NCBI RefSeq assembly: GCF_037042905.1
Contig: NC_087245.1
Span: forward strand, 28,894,001 to 28,958,000
DNA: 64,000 nucleotides
Direction: 5' to 3'
From: Lytechinus pictus
Taxonomy: Eukaryota
Each line of letters begins with the position of its first letter. The stretch's first letter is position 1. A program made the position numbers and the translations under genes. Of this stretch, positions 62,901 to 64,000 are shown in pieces. The notes beneath the pieces were generated by a model. It saw only the letters and a program-made list of their open reading frames with translations, was not told the origin of the DNA and did no database searches.

Positions 62901-64000
62901 TTGCTTGTTTTGGGTAGGAGCAATTGTCGCAGGAGCAATTCTGCCGTCCAATGACAAAAGGAAGCAACCAAGTTTTTATATTTGAGATATTTTATATTGC
63001 TCTACATGATACAAAATGGATTTGAGTCACATAACCCCCCCCCCCCTCCTTTCTGGAACATAGGCTTTTCAAAAGCAATGAACCATTTCCACATAAATCA
63101 ATTCTCATTTTATTCTCTAGAGGTGCTTCCTTTTGTCATGGGATGGCAGAAAGGTCACAAAACCTTTTTTTGCAAGCCAAAAGTGACATTGTTCCAGAAA
63201 TCTCCAGGTTTAATGGTTTCTCATGGGCACTGTACAATGTGTAGAAGCTAACCCAAATTTGAACGGCCAATGTTTATCATACATTTTTCATTTAAAAAAA
63301 AATTATATTTTTAAGTTTGAGAAGCAAGGCCAATATAAAAATTTTATTTTGTTTTTCATTTTTTTTGTGGCAATTTTGTGGATGATTCGACTTGCAAAAA
63401 GTTGGTGAAATGCAAAACCAAGATATTTTCAGCTTGTTAATGTTATAGAGTACTTTCAAGAACAATGTCAAATTTTGGCTTGCAGCAGGTCAAGTTTATT
63501 AATGCCCTTTGAGGTTTGCACATTATCCACAAAAATCACATATAAATTTTCAGAGTTGATGAGATTTATTGCAGCCTTTGCAGACAATGTGCAACCCTCA
63601 ATTTTCCATCCATCCCCCTCCCCTCCAATTTTTTTTTGGGTGAAATGTTGCAAAACGGATTGATATCGATGGTAAAATTGTCCTTTCTGGAGAATTTTTT
63701 TTTTATGATCAAGCATCCACCACTGCATAATTTTTTTTTTTAGATGAGCTTATTCAATATCCAGCCAAATGAAAGTAAGCACTGCCAAGTTTTTCATAAT
63801 CAAATTAAAAAAATCATCAATACTGTTTTTTTTTTTAAATAAATCATTAACAATCCATTTTGCAACATAATATGTATAATTTCATCTTGTTTTATATTGT
63901 AAAGAGTGAACTTCATAAAACGAACATAATTTTGTTGAACAGATTTTGATTATAGATTTGTTTGAATACTATTTTCAAACAATGTGTGGTATGTATTGTC

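Noticed and set aside
53300..64000. Protein-coding genes in the last 10 kb
   Set aside because: Only short ORFs without recognisable domains or a consistent exon chain.

Overview
AT-rich, repeat-dense animal genomic DNA; the repeat landscape suggests a marine invertebrate deuterostome, probably a sea urchin (inference only). The main result is a complete 8-exon + strand gene at 661-21076, reconstructed by hand from GT-AG splice sites. All exon phases are compatible, giving 1266 nt / 421 aa. The predicted product is a type I membrane protein: signal peptide, one Ig V-set domain, a TM helix, a cytoplasmic IFI44-like P-loop GTPase domain and a basic/Trp-rich tail. I do not recognise this Ig-receptor-GTPase architecture as a described family. 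Intron 1 holds an antisense Penelope-like retroelement (RT + GIY-YIG, with a degenerate hammerhead ribozyme) split by a 2.8-kb foldback/Academ-like insertion. The rest of the window contains decayed LINEs (RTE, Crack/L2-like), many MITE families, SINEs, Helentron-like elements and a 37-bp satellite with nested insertions. There is also a probable multi-exon non-coding transcript at ~37.6-50.6 kb. Most short ORFs in the supplied track are noise.
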